From assembly GCA_964540825.1 (NCBI GenBank), contig CAZINT010000004.1, positions 24,835 through 88,834 on the forward strand: a DNA stretch of 64,000 nucleotides, given 5' to 3'. Source of the DNA: an uncultured Gammaproteobacteria bacterium (GTDB lineage Bacteria > Patescibacteriota > Patescibacteriia > Magasanikbacterales > GWA2-37-8). Below, in pieces: positions 47,101 through 55,871 of this stretch. A program made the translations under genes and the position numbers. Numbering within the stretch: the stretch's first letter is position 1; the number at the start of each line of letters is the position of its first letter. The notes under the pieces were generated by a model that did no database searches, was not told the DNA's origin, and saw only the letters and a list, made by a program, of their open reading frames with translations.

Positions 47101-47556
47101 GTTTTCAGCGGTAAAGAAGGCACCGGCAGAGCGGATAAATTGGGAAACAACCACACGTTCGATACCGTTGATGATAAACGTACCGCGTTCGGTCATGATT
47201 GGAATATCACCCAAATAAATTTCTTGAGACTTGGATTGGTTGTCGCGTTTGTTAACCAGGCGGGTCACAGCGCGAAGCGGTGCTTCGAAAGTAATATTAC
47301 GTTGGCGGCAGGTAACTTCGTCAAAACGCGGTTCGTCAAGGTAATAGCTTTCTAAGTAGAGTTCAAGGTCGCGACCGGTAAAATCGGTAATTGGCGACAC
47401 TTCTTCAAACAATTCTTTGATGCCGGATTTTAAAAACCAGTCATAAGAGTTCTTTTGGAGCTCGATAAGGTCAGGAAGCGGCTGGTGCTCCATGTGCTCC
47501 GTAAAAAATTTACGATCCAAATTTTTACTGGTCTGATGCTTGAAGCGAGAAGGCAT
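44128..47556 (-). CDS. rpoB: RNA polymerase beta subunit (alternative start 47565)
   Basis: SQFMDQTNPLAELEHKRR, GDKMAGRHGNKG, GGQRFGEMEVWAL. Confidence 0.99.
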   Translation of the reverse strand: MPSRFKHQTSKNLDRKFFTEHMEHQPLPDLIELQKNSYDWFLKSGIKELFEEVSPITDFTGRDLELYLESYYLDEPRFDEVTCRQRNITFEAPLRAVTRLVNKRDNQSKSQEIYLGDIPIMTERGTFIINGIERVVVSQFIRSAGAFFTAENVRGRRYYGAKIIPNRGAWIEVETDLSNVMWIKVDRKRKVSATSLLRAFGMHEDEKLIEAFKDVNNHPTIDYVEAMFKKDIAKTQEEGLIEVYKRIRPGDLATADNAKSLIYAMFFNFDRYDLGRVGVYKFNTKFDLGYTEADYDKKENRVLSPEKLLQVLKEVVRLNVTQEEPDDVDHLGNRRIRAVGELAQNRFRVGLARMERIIKDRMSTYELEQLTPNKLINARPVTSAIREFFMSSQLSQFMDQTNPLAELEHKRRLSALGPGGLSRDRAGFEVRDVHTTHYGRICPIATPEGPNIGLVNHLSSYARVNDFGFIETPYRKVLREVANDGKLAEGEILRGDIGSVKDGTKITKEIAAKLKSEKIEKIPVKPRLTNEIVYLNSFKEEKVITAAASVKTDDDGYFTQETVPARVNGAAGVSASVDLDYVDVASNQIVSIATSCIPFLEHDDATRALMGTNMQRQSVPCIKPEPPLVGTGIEREAAMYSGHMVLAEADGEITEVDGGHIVLTTPKGQNYTYNLNKFIRSNASTCIDQHPVVNVGEKVKKGQPLSDGPSIREGELALGQNMLVAYMCWEGFNYEDAVIISERLVQQDCYTSIHIEDYTVDVCETKLGPELVTADIPNVSEEKLKNLDSEGIIRIGAEIKSGDILVGKITPKGETELSPEERLLRAIFGEKARDVRDSSLYLEHGEHGKVIGVQIFSAENGDKLEPGVIKKVQVTVADLRKLQVGDKMAGRHGNKGVVSRIVPVADLPFLEDGTPVDIILSPLGVVSRMNLGQLLETHLGLAANALGYKIATPVLNGLTEEQIKNELKKAGFPESGQVQLYDGRTGEAFDHKTTIGYNYMLKLNHMVEDKIHQRSIGPYSLITQQPLGGKAQFGGQRFGEMEVWALQAYGAAHTLQEMLTIKSDDVPGRSKAYEAIIKGEEVSRVNIPESFNVLVRELKGLCLDVGLLKKTESGEYLPAEEVRAELEKNKPADANDVVEYQP

Positions 47557-47815
47557 AGAGTGCATTTATTTTAGCGCTTTTTTAGAAGCTTTGAAATAAA
47601 GGAAAATAAACAAAAAATGAGCAAAACCTAGCTAGATTTTACTTTTTTACAAAACAATGACTGCTGGTGGGGGCAAGGTTTGCATTAAATTGACAAACAG
47701 TTAATACCTTGCGCGCAGCTTTTCCGGATGGACATTTGGCGGACCGGAGGCCACACTTTTTTGGCTTATTTGAGCTATTTTTCTGCAAATTACAGAACAA
47801 GCTCTCAGCAGACTG

Positions 47816-47844
47816 ATTATATGAAAAAAACGAAGTGTTGTCAA
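47816..47844 (-). promoter_or_regulatory. Consensus sigma70 promoter of rpoBC
   Basis: TTGACA-17 nt-TATAAT on minus strand, about 250 nt upstream of rpoB. Confidence 0.85.
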
Positions 47845-48144
47845 GGGATGATACAAACAGTTATTTTGTCAATAATTTGTTATTTTTTTGCTAAAATAAA
47901 GGTTTTACAAGCTTTTACTATCAATGAACCACAAAAATTATCCACAGCTTCAGAACGGTCGCGCACCCACCTGTGTGCTTTGCACTGGGTCCGGCAACAC
48001 TGGATGCACTTTTTTAATTTTACCCTATGTCGAAATAAGACGCAGCCGCGGCAGCACGCTTACTCGTTTTTACAGGTCCTTTGGCTCCTAAATTTTAAAA
48101 AAATCGTCTTATTATATAAAATTGAATTAGTTTTTCTTATCCAC

Positions 48145-48173
48145 TTGACACTTAAGTTGCACAAAACTACAAT
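48145..48173 (+). promoter_or_regulatory. Sigma70 promoter of ncRNA
   Basis: TTGACA-17 nt-TACAAT. Confidence 0.85.
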
Positions 48174-48180
48174 TGCAGCT

Positions 48181-48365
48181 GTTTCACTTTTTTTCCTGAC
48201 TACGCTGCGATAGAGTTGATGTCTCAACCGGGTCGGATTTATAAAGCATCTCTCTCCTCCAAATAAACATATTCTGTTTTTTTGGTTACGCTTTTAAAAT
48301 TAGATTCGTTAGCTAATACATGCAGCTCTTCTCGCAGCGTAGTTAGGGAAAAACACCCGTGAAAA
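48181..48365 (+). ncRNA. Rod-shaped ncRNA, candidate 6S RNA
   Basis: 48189-48210 pairs with 48332-48353 (22 bp, two G-U); further helices and internal bubbles; own promoter and terminator; no credible ORF. Confidence 0.72.
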
Positions 48366-48372
48366 TAAAATT

Positions 48373-48398
48373 CGTCTCGATATGCGAGACGTTTTTTT
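48373..48398 (+). terminator. Terminator of ncRNA
   Basis: CGTCTCG-atatg-CGAGACG followed by 7 T. Confidence 0.85.
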
Positions 48399-48416
48399 GT
48401 AGTCATTTATGAGCGA

Positions 48417-48490
48417 AGTACTAAGCAGATTAAGCAGAGTAGGCGAAGTAAGTAGTGTTACTTGCTTAATCTGCCTAGCACTTACTCTGC
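48417..48490. repeat. Palindromic nonamer-like array
   Basis: aagcagatt/aagcagagt/aggcgaagt units; GCAGATTAAGCA / TGCTTAATCTGC 12-bp inverted repeat; related to 15524-15586. Confidence 0.75.
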
Positions 48491-48545
48491 CGCACTCCGA
48501 GCAGTATTCTTCTCTTCGCAAAACTATGCTATAATCAAGTGTACT

Positions 48546-50846
48546 ATGCCTCGACGCCGCGCTTATAAGCCAAGCCTGACTGAACGAATTAATTTAAACC
48601 CCCAATTGAGCCATGGTTTGCTCGCTATTCTCCTCCTCATGGTAGGCGGTCTTTCGGCGCTCAGTTTTTTTTCGATGGCCGGAGTCGCTGGTCAATTTAT
48701 TGACGGACTTCTGGCTATCACCTTTGGGCAGGTGCGGTATGTTTTTCCAATTATTGTTACCGTCGTTGCCGTTCTTCTTATCAAAGACATCGATTACGAC
48801 TATCAGCCGACGCATTTTATCGGCAGTGTTCTTTTTTTCTTAAGCTTTAATGGTCTTGTACACCTTGGCAACCCTACCTATGAACGCGCCATGCTTGGCG
48901 AAGGCGGCGGACTCGTTGGCCTAGCTTTATCATACCCGCTTAATACATACATCGGCTATTTTGGCACACTCCTCATTCTCGTTTGCTTACTACTTGTTTC
49001 AATTATTTTCTTGTTTAATACCTCGCTTGCTCAAATTATCGCGCTTCACAAAAAAGTTTTTCTGGCCTTTGGTTGGATCGGTCAACAAATTATCGCTTTC
49101 TTTGCTGCTTTTAAAAAACCTGTTAGCGAGGTACGCGTGGTTGGCGAACACGACGAGACTACTACCCGAACCTTTACCGCTCACCCGGTAGCCGCAAGTG
49201 AAGAGGGTGAAGAGGAAGCAGAAGAGGTTGACAGTGAAGCCGAAGAAAGAGAGGAAGCACGAGCCGCCGAAAAACGACTCGCCGCCAAACGTGAAGAAGA
49301 ACACGAAGAAAAAGATATCAGCCCAACAATACCGATTTACCGACCACCGACACACTATAAGAGCCTGCCTTCGTTCGATTTATTATTTACTTCCAAAAGC
49401 AAACCAACGTCCGGTGATATCAAACACAATGCCGCGACGATTGCCGACACTTTTAAAAATTTTGGTATTGATGTTGAAATGGGCGAGGTGCGCGTCGGCC
49501 CAACGGTTACACAATTTTCACTCAAACCTGCCAAAGGTGTTAAATTGACCCGCATTACCGCGCTCAGTAACGACCTGTCGCTCGCCCTAGCTGCCCACCC
49601 CTTGCGTATCGAAGCACCTATCCCAGGGCAATCACTGGTTGGCATTGAAGTGCCAAACCAAAAAGTTGCCATGGTTAGTTTGCGTGAATTATTTGAAAGT
49701 CCAGAATTTCAAAAACGCGAACACAACATGTTTGCCGCACTTGGCAAAGATGTTTCAGGCAAAGTGCTCTTAGCGGACTTGCCGCGCATGCCTCACCTCC
49801 TTATTGCCGGTACGACCGGTTCTGGTAAAACGGTTGGTATCAATACGATTATTCTCAGTTTATTATTTCAAAATACTCCGGCCACGCTCCGTTTTATTAT
49901 GGTCGATCCGAAACGTGTGGAACTCACGCTGTATAATGGCATACCCCACTTATTAACTCCGGTTATTACTGATGCTGCTAAAACAGTTAATGCGCTTAAG
50001 TGGACTATTGGTGAAATGGAACGACGCTTTGACGTACTCTCAAAAGCTGGTAAACGCGACATCATGTCGTACAATAAGAGTACTGCTGAACCTATGCCTT
50101 ACCTAGTATTCGTTATTGACGAATTGGCTGACCTTATGGCGATGGCCGCGAGCGAAGTAGAGTCGGGCATTATCCGCATCGCGCAGATGGCTCGTGCTGT
50201 CGGCATCCATCTCGTCGTTGCAACGCAGCGTCCAAGTGTCGAAGTTATTACGGGTCTCATGAAAGCTAATATTCCAGGACGCATGGCCTTTTCGGTTGCT
50301 TCGCTTATTGACTCACGCACCATTCTTGATATGTCAGGCGCTGAAAAGTTACTTGGGCGCGGTGACATGCTGCTTTTGACTGCCGACCTCTCGACCCCAA
50401 AACGCGTTCAAGGAGCCTATGTTTCTGAAGAGGAAATGAAGCGCGTGGTTGATTATCTTAAAGGCGACGAACCGCCGGAATACGACGAATCAATTGTTTC
50501 CAAAGGCAATCATACGGCTGGAGGCGGCACTATGAGCCTCTTCGGCGGGCCAAGCGACGATCAAGACCCGCTTTTTGATGAAGCAAAAAAGATTATTTTA
50601 GAATCAGGTAAGGCCAGTGCTTCCTTGTTGCAGCGACGCATGAAAGTTGGTTACGCACGCGCCGCAAGACTTCTTGACGAACTAGAGGAGGCTGGTATAG
50701 TAGGACCAGCTGACGGAGCAAAACCACGCGAAGTATTTACTGAACATTTACGTCAGGAAGAAGAATTACCGGTAGAAGAACAGACCATGGATGCTGGCGG
50801 AACGGTGTTTGATCCACCCGCTCCTTCGGACAATGAATCATTATAA
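48546..50846 (+). CDS. ftsK: DNA translocase FtsK (start corrected)
   Basis: 4-TM N-terminus, RIEAPIPG, PHLLIAGTTGSGKT, IDELADLM, ATQRPS, gamma domain SASLLQRR. Confidence 0.97.
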   Translation: MPRRRAYKPSLTERINLNPQLSHGLLAILLLMVGGLSALSFFSMAGVAGQFIDGLLAITFGQVRYVFPIIVTVVAVLLIKDIDYDYQPTHFIGSVLFFLSFNGLVHLGNPTYERAMLGEGGGLVGLALSYPLNTYIGYFGTLLILVCLLLVSIIFLFNTSLAQIIALHKKVFLAFGWIGQQIIAFFAAFKKPVSEVRVVGEHDETTTRTFTAHPVAASEEGEEEAEEVDSEAEEREEARAAEKRLAAKREEEHEEKDISPTIPIYRPPTHYKSLPSFDLLFTSKSKPTSGDIKHNAATIADTFKNFGIDVEMGEVRVGPTVTQFSLKPAKGVKLTRITALSNDLSLALAAHPLRIEAPIPGQSLVGIEVPNQKVAMVSLRELFESPEFQKREHNMFAALGKDVSGKVLLADLPRMPHLLIAGTTGSGKTVGINTIILSLLFQNTPATLRFIMVDPKRVELTLYNGIPHLLTPVITDAAKTVNALKWTIGEMERRFDVLSKAGKRDIMSYNKSTAEPMPYLVFVIDELADLMAMAASEVESGIIRIAQMARAVGIHLVVATQRPSVEVITGLMKANIPGRMAFSVASLIDSRTILDMSGAEKLLGRGDMLLLTADLSTPKRVQGAYVSEEEMKRVVDYLKGDEPPEYDESIVSKGNHTAGGGTMSLFGGPSDDQDPLFDEAKKIILESGKASASLLQRRMKVGYARAARLLDELEEAGIVGPADGAKPREVFTEHLRQEEELPVEEQTMDAGGTVFDPPAPSDNESL

Positions 50847-50855
50847 TTCCTGCCT

Positions 50856-51581
50856 ATGGCCGTCTTCTGTTTTAAAAAAATTACTTCTTCTGCCTTGCGT
50901 CTTGGCGAGCTGTTTAAAGTTACAAGGGAAAATAAAAGCCTTACCTTGGCAGACGTAAGTTACGAAACGCGTATCCCGGAAAAATATGTAATGCTTCTTG
51001 AAAAAGGATCATTTGCCGCGCTGCCGCGTGCTCGATCACACCGCCTGGCATATGTTCGTGCTTATGCCACACTTCTTGAGCTGCCTGTTGAGGAGACAAT
51101 CACTCAATTCACAAGAGAAGAAGGGTTGGCGAATGCGGCCATGGTTCACCCGCTCAAAAAAATGAAGTATTTTCCGTTCAGCTCAGTAGGTATTTTTCTT
51201 CGCAACAGTGTCGGAACATGTCTCATTCTTATTTTTGCCGGGTATCTAACTTGGCAAATTAAAGGCATTCTTGAGCCGCCTACGCTTACCGTTTTCAGTC
51301 CGGCGGAAGGCACGATTGTTACGGGCGCAGCTACCGTTGTCGAAGGAGCAACTGAGGCCGAGTCAAAGCTCGCAGTGAACGGTCAGGAAGTTATCATGAA
51401 CAGTGACGGGAAATTTCAGGCCGAACTTAACCTCATGCCCGGACTGAACACAATCACTATTTCGTCTACTAAAAAGAAACACGGAAAAACCACCACTATT
51501 ACCCGCCACGTTATTATGCGGCAAGGCACGGTAAGCATGAACGGAACAAAAATGGTTTCTAAACAAACATTACCTTATTAA
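50856..51581 (+). CDS. RodZ-like HTH membrane protein with Ig-like C-terminal domain
   Basis: LGE-x-x-K-x-x-RE, YVRAYA-x-x-L HTH region; single TM; beta-rich C-terminus (L-x-PG-x-NTI). Confidence 0.75.
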   Translation: MAVFCFKKITSSALRLGELFKVTRENKSLTLADVSYETRIPEKYVMLLEKGSFAALPRARSHRLAYVRAYATLLELPVEETITQFTREEGLANAAMVHPLKKMKYFPFSSVGIFLRNSVGTCLILIFAGYLTWQIKGILEPPTLTVFSPAEGTIVTGAATVVEGATEAESKLAVNGQEVIMNSDGKFQAELNLMPGLNTITISSTKKKHGKTTTITRHVIMRQGTVSMNGTKMVSKQTLPY

Positions 51582-51611
51582 TTCTACCTCGGAGGGACTA
51601 ATTTTTACTGT

Positions 51612-52694
51612 ATGGCTAAACAGACAACGAGCGATGAAGTTAAAGAAAAACTAAAAGCTGCTGAAAGCGCAATTGAACAGATCAAAAGCCGCTTTGGCGA
51701 TGGAGCAATTATGAAATTTGGCGAAGCCCGTGCCATGCAGGTTGATGCTGTGCCGACCGGTGCGCTTTCACTTGATATTGCGCTTGGTGTCAAAGGTGTT
51801 CCGCGTGGACGCGTTATTGAAATCTACGGACCGGAGGCAAGCGGTAAAACCACGCTTGCTCAGCACATCGTTTCCGAAGTTCAAAAGATGGGCGGTATTG
51901 CCGCGTACGTCGATGCTGAACACGCGCTTGACCCTGATTATGCTAAAAAAATCGGTGTTAAAGTTGACGAACTCCTCATTTCTCAGCCCGACACTGGTGA
52001 ACAGGCCCTGGAGATCGTTGAAACACTGGTCAGGTCTAATGCTGTTGACGTGATCGTTATCGATTCGGTCGCTGCGCTCGTTCCTAAAGCCGAAATTGAA
52101 GGCGAGATGGGTGACCAGCACATGGGTCTGCAGGCACGCCTCATGAGTCAAGCCCTTCGTAAGCTCACCGGTATTATCAGTAAATCAAAAACTGTCGTTA
52201 TCTTTATTAACCAGACTCGTCTCAAAATCGGTATTGTATTCGGCAACCCGGAAACCACTACTGGGGGTGTTGCGCTCAAATTTTATTCTTCAGTGCGTAT
52301 CGAAATCCGCCGCGCCGCTCAAATTAAGCAAGGCGACAAAATTATCGGTAACCGCGTTAAAGTTAAAATTGTCAAAAACAAAGTGGCCGCACCATTTCGT
52401 ACCACTGAATTTGATATCATGTATAACGAAGGTATCTCAGTTTCAGGTGATGTACTCGATACAGCTGTTACCTATAAAGTAATTGAAAAACGCGGTAATT
52501 CTTACACCTACAAAGAAGAGAAATTAGGCGTTGGTCGCGAAACTGCTAAAAAATATTTGCGTGACAACCCAAAAATTCTCAAAGAAATTCGTAACCAAGT
52601 TATCGAAGCGGCCGATCGCGGAGACGCACCGGACGAAGAGGTGGGCAACCCTGACGAAGGATCTTCAAACGAAGAAGTACCGCCGCAAGAATAA
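51612..52694 (+). CDS. recA: Recombinase A
   Basis: [44 protein letters not shown]. Confidence 0.99.
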   Translation: MAKQTTSDEVKEKLKAAESAIEQIKSRFGDGAIMKFGEARAMQVDAVPTGALSLDIALGVKGVPRGRVIEIYGPEASGKTTLAQHIVSEVQKMGGIAAYVDAEHALDPDYAKKIGVKVDELLISQPDTGEQALEIVETLVRSNAVDVIVIDSVAALVPKAEIEGEMGDQHMGLQARLMSQALRKLTGIISKSKTVVIFINQTRLKIGIVFGNPETTTGGVALKFYSSVRIEIRRAAQIKQGDKIIGNRVKVKIVKNKVAAPFRTTEFDIMYNEGISVSGDVLDTAVTYKVIEKRGNSYTYKEEKLGVGRETAKKYLRDNPKILKEIRNQVIEAADRGDAPDEEVGNPDEGSSNEEVPPQE

Positions 52695-52702
52695 AGCCAC
52701 TC

Positions 52703-52743
52703 TAAAAAACCGGTTCACTCAAACAGTGTTAACCGGTTTTTTA
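52703..52743 (+). terminator. Terminator after recA
   Basis: TAAAAAACCGGTT...AACCGGTTTTTTA. Confidence 0.8.
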
Positions 52744-52828
52744 AATCCAAGCAGCGCTGCTTGTTATTTTAAAAAAAATATTGTACAGTTACTTCCGTAG
52801 TGGAACTTATTCGTTATCGTAACTCTTT

Positions 52829-53494
52829 ATGACAAGCTCAAATAATCAAAATACTGGCGCGCTCAAAAGTGTTGGCCTTGGCCTTGGCATCTTAGCTGTG
52901 TTGGCCTTGTGCGTATATGGCCTAATGCGGCTTGGCGCAGCAAGTAACCCTGCCGGCGTTACGGGCGGTGAAATCGCTTCTGTTTCGGCAGCGGATTGGC
53001 AGCGGGGCAATCAATACGCTAAAAATGTGCTTATTGAATATAGCGACTTCCAATGCCCCGCTTGCGCCGCATACGAACCCCTCGTTCGCCAACTCATGAA
53101 AGATTTTGATAATCAAATTCTACTTATTTATCGCCATTTTCCGTTATCCCAACATGTTCATGCGGAGCTTGCTGCCCAAGCTTCCGAGGCAGCGGGCAAG
53201 CAAGGCAAGTTCTGGGATATGCACGACCTACTTTTTGATCGCCAAGGTTCCTGGGAAAATACTGGCGACGCTGAAGCAACCTTCAAAGGATATGCCAAAG
53301 AACTCGGACTTGACGAAGCCAGGTTTGCCGCTGACCTTAATTCTGATGAAATCAAAAAATTGGTTGCCGAAGATGCTGACGGAGGTCTTCATGCCGGCAT
53401 TAATTCTACGCCAAGTTTTTACTTAAATGGCAAAAAAATCGACAATCCGAAAACTTACGAAGAATTTAAAAAATTACTTACTACCGGTTCATAA
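52829..53494 (+). CDS. Membrane-anchored DsbA-family thiol-disulfide oxidoreductase
   Basis: EYSDFQCPAC, YRHFPL, QGKFWDMHD, cis-Pro loop STPSF. Confidence 0.92.
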   Translation: MTSSNNQNTGALKSVGLGLGILAVLALCVYGLMRLGAASNPAGVTGGEIASVSAADWQRGNQYAKNVLIEYSDFQCPACAAYEPLVRQLMKDFDNQILLIYRHFPLSQHVHAELAAQASEAAGKQGKFWDMHDLLFDRQGSWENTGDAEATFKGYAKELGLDEARFAADLNSDEIKKLVAEDADGGLHAGINSTPSFYLNGKKIDNPKTYEEFKKLLTTGS

Positions 53495-53505
53495 AAAACA
53501 AACTT

Positions 53506-53545
53506 CAATTAAAAAAACTTCCAGGCCTGGAAGTTTTTTTAATTG
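53506..53545. terminator. Bidirectional terminator (perfect 40-bp palindrome)
   Basis: CAATTAAAAAAACTTCCAGG / CCTGGAAGTTTTTTTAATTG. Confidence 0.85.
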
Positions 53546-53608
53546 CCGCGACCAAGAAGTCGTGGCCTGCTCGAGACTCAACGTCTTCGAGTAAAATGTA
53601 CAGAGCGT

Positions 53609-54814
53609 CTACGGGGTATAGCGGAGCAGTCGCCCGACGAGTGTAGCCCCCGGCTTTCCGTCTTGCCCGGCCGGCCGTGTTATGACTATCACCTGATCCC
53701 TCCCAAAGGCAGCGAGGCTCGCTCCGGTGATTTTGGGATCAAGATCAAGATGGTGCGACGGATAACCCGTACTATCAACAGCTACAAAACGAGCGTACGT
53801 GTTGCCGACCTGCGGCACGACTGCCACCAGCTGTTTGACGCCGGGGAGCGTCAAAAAGGTGGTACCCGGCAGATACGGTACCGGCTCCTCCGCCGGCAGC
53901 TCGATTTTTTGGTCACTGTAGCCGATGATAGAGAGTAGCGACCCGGCATCGTTTCTCCAAGCCGCTGCCAGACCGGCCCCGTGCGTGTGGAGGCTTTGGC
54001 CCTGGATAGCAGTGTTCTTATACAGATCACTGCACGAAGTCGTACCATCAACCAGGTTGGTTCGCCGGTCGAGCAGGATGTCAGCGACCGTATCGACACC
54101 ACTGTAGCGCACGCCCGCATACACAACCACTGCCAGACGAAGCTCGAGAGCAATCCCCGTATCACCATTTTTCAGGAAGCGGCGATAGAGAATACCCACT
54201 CGACGTTCGACAGTGTTGTTTCCAAAGGTGAGCGGCGCCAGGCTATCAGCGACCGGTGCACACAATTGTTGCTGCCCGCCGTTTGGCAACACGGCGTTTC
54301 CCTCATTAAAGGGCTCGCCACTAGAATCGAAAGCGAACAGACGCAAGCCAGCGGTTGTCAGCTCCGGCCTCGGGGTCATAGCGACACAGAAGCCGCTATG
54401 GCAGGCAGCAACGCTTGCATGTGCATCGTTTCCCACCCGTTGGAGCCCACCCTTGTAGTCCCGCAGGGTGAAGCCGAGCGCACTACCCATCAAGACTGCG
54501 TCGTTACTATTCGCAAAACTCGTTGGCATGCCGACCGACGCCCCTGTGCTGGGCGGGCTGGCTACATGCCAATCCCCGGATGCCGGCAGAAAGGGCTGGT
54601 AGGAGCTGTCACTTGCAACCAGCCAGCACCAGGCAGTGCCCAAGCACAGCGGCGTCGGGACCCCAGGACTTGTTGCCGGCCACGAGGCCTCGTAAACTCG
54701 CGAAAAGCTGGCGGCAGGCCCGTCGGCCCCGCCGCGGTCAGAGGTGACGGACGGAGCAGCATCAGCCCCGCAACCCACAGCAGCGACCAGAGCGATCAAC
54801 CATAAACGAACCAT
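53609..54814 (-). CDS. GC-rich SD-led orphan lipoprotein
   Basis: AAGGAGGTG 4 nt before ATG; signal peptide with lipobox AVGC; beta-rich body. Confidence 0.8.
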   Translation of the reverse strand: MVRLWLIALVAAVGCGADAAPSVTSDRGGADGPAASFSRVYEASWPATSPGVPTPLCLGTAWCWLVASDSSYQPFLPASGDWHVASPPSTGASVGMPTSFANSNDAVLMGSALGFTLRDYKGGLQRVGNDAHASVAACHSGFCVAMTPRPELTTAGLRLFAFDSSGEPFNEGNAVLPNGGQQQLCAPVADSLAPLTFGNNTVERRVGILYRRFLKNGDTGIALELRLAVVVYAGVRYSGVDTVADILLDRRTNLVDGTTSCSDLYKNTAIQGQSLHTHGAGLAAAWRNDAGSLLSIIGYSDQKIELPAEEPVPYLPGTTFLTLPGVKQLVAVVPQVGNTYARFVAVDSTGYPSHHLDLDPKITGASLAAFGRDQVIVITRPAGQDGKPGATLVGRLLRYTP

Positions 54815-54918
54815 GATACACCTCCTTGGTGTAAACCGTTACGTGATTCTTACCATATTTTTAGCAAAAGTAAAGGCTTTACCCAAAAATGGGACCGGCC
54901 CAGTCAAATTTTTTTAGA

Positions 54919-54947
54919 TTGACGCACCGTCTTTCTGTTGTTACTAT
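54919..54947 (+). promoter_or_regulatory. Sigma70 promoter of oxidative-stress cluster
   Basis: TTGACG-17 nt-TACTAT with TG extended -10; ATG lies about 2 nt after predicted TSS. Confidence 0.7.
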
Positions 54948-54955
54948 GAGTGCAT

Positions 54956-55810
54956 ATGATCGACCCCCGTTTTCTAACCATCCAAAAAAACGAACATACT
55001 GAGTATTGTATTTATAAAAAAATTCTCAAAATCGTTAAAAACCCTAATGATCGTAAAATTATTGAACGAATGATCGCCCAAGAAAAAAATCATTATGAAA
55101 TGTGGCGAGAAATTACTGGTCAAAGCATTCGCCCCTCGCAAGCAAAGATACAATTCTACTATTGGATCACCCGTCTTTTTGGCCTAAGCTTCGGACTTAA
55201 ACTCATGGAAAAAGGAGAGAAGCTGGTTATCAGCCTCTACAGCGAACTCAAGGACGTGCACCCCAAAATGGCCAAAGTTATTCAAGAAGAACAGGAACAC
55301 GAAGAGGAATTACTCAAACTTATTAACAATAATGTCCTTACGTACGTAAGCGCAATTGTACTGGGGCTCAACGACGCCCTTATCGAGCTAACCGGCGCTC
55401 TAACCGGCTTCACCTTGGCCCTGTCAAACACACGTCTTATTGCGGTAACCGGCCTTATTACGGGTATTGCCGCGGCAATGTCTATGGCCGCATCATCATA
55501 TCTTTCCACCAAAGAAGATGGCGAAAAAAACCCGTTCGCCGCAGCGGTCGCAACCGGCAGTGCTTATGCACTAGCTGTTGCAATACTCATTGCTCCTTAT
55601 TTTTTAATCACCAACGCTTTTGTTGCGCTCGGGGTAACACTCCTCAGCGCCCTGATTATTATTTTGGTATTTAACTTTTATACTGCAATCTCCAAAGGAA
55701 TATCTTTTCGGCGCAGATTTGCTGAAATGGCGTTAATTAGTCTTGGTCTTGCGCTGATTAATTTTGGAATCGGCTATGTACTTAAAAAGTATCTCCACCT
55801 ATCAATCTAA
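54956..55810 (+). CDS. Rubrerythrin/ferritin-like plus VIT1/CCC1 iron/manganese transporter
   Basis: ExxH diiron motifs (EKNH, EQEH); VLGLNDALIE, AAAMSMAASSYLS VIT1 motifs. Confidence 0.88.
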   Translation: MIDPRFLTIQKNEHTEYCIYKKILKIVKNPNDRKIIERMIAQEKNHYEMWREITGQSIRPSQAKIQFYYWITRLFGLSFGLKLMEKGEKLVISLYSELKDVHPKMAKVIQEEQEHEEELLKLINNNVLTYVSAIVLGLNDALIELTGALTGFTLALSNTRLIAVTGLITGIAAAMSMAASSYLSTKEDGEKNPFAAAVATGSAYALAVAILIAPYFLITNAFVALGVTLLSALIIILVFNFYTAISKGISFRRRFAEMALISLGLALINFGIGYVLKKYLHLSI

Positions 55811-55871
55811 GCAAGGCAATACTTAAAAAATACGGCAAAAACACATTATACATACGTAATTTAATTATCAT

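Noticed and set aside
47850-48145. Possible replication origin: TTATCCACA at 47938-47946, TTATCCACT at 48137-48145, AT-rich intergenic DNA
   Set aside because: Only one perfect and one near DnaA box, no dnaA/dnaN nearby and no obvious strand-composition switch by eye; a cumulative GC-skew plot would be needed
47728-48213. 161-aa ORF in the rpoB-ftsK gap
   Set aside because: Runs across two strong promoters and into the ncRNA; composition is not protein-like
51591-51596. GGAGGG upstream of recA as an SD site
   Set aside because: About 16 nt from the ATG, too far for a canonical SD; the weak AAGGG before rpiB is likewise unconvincing
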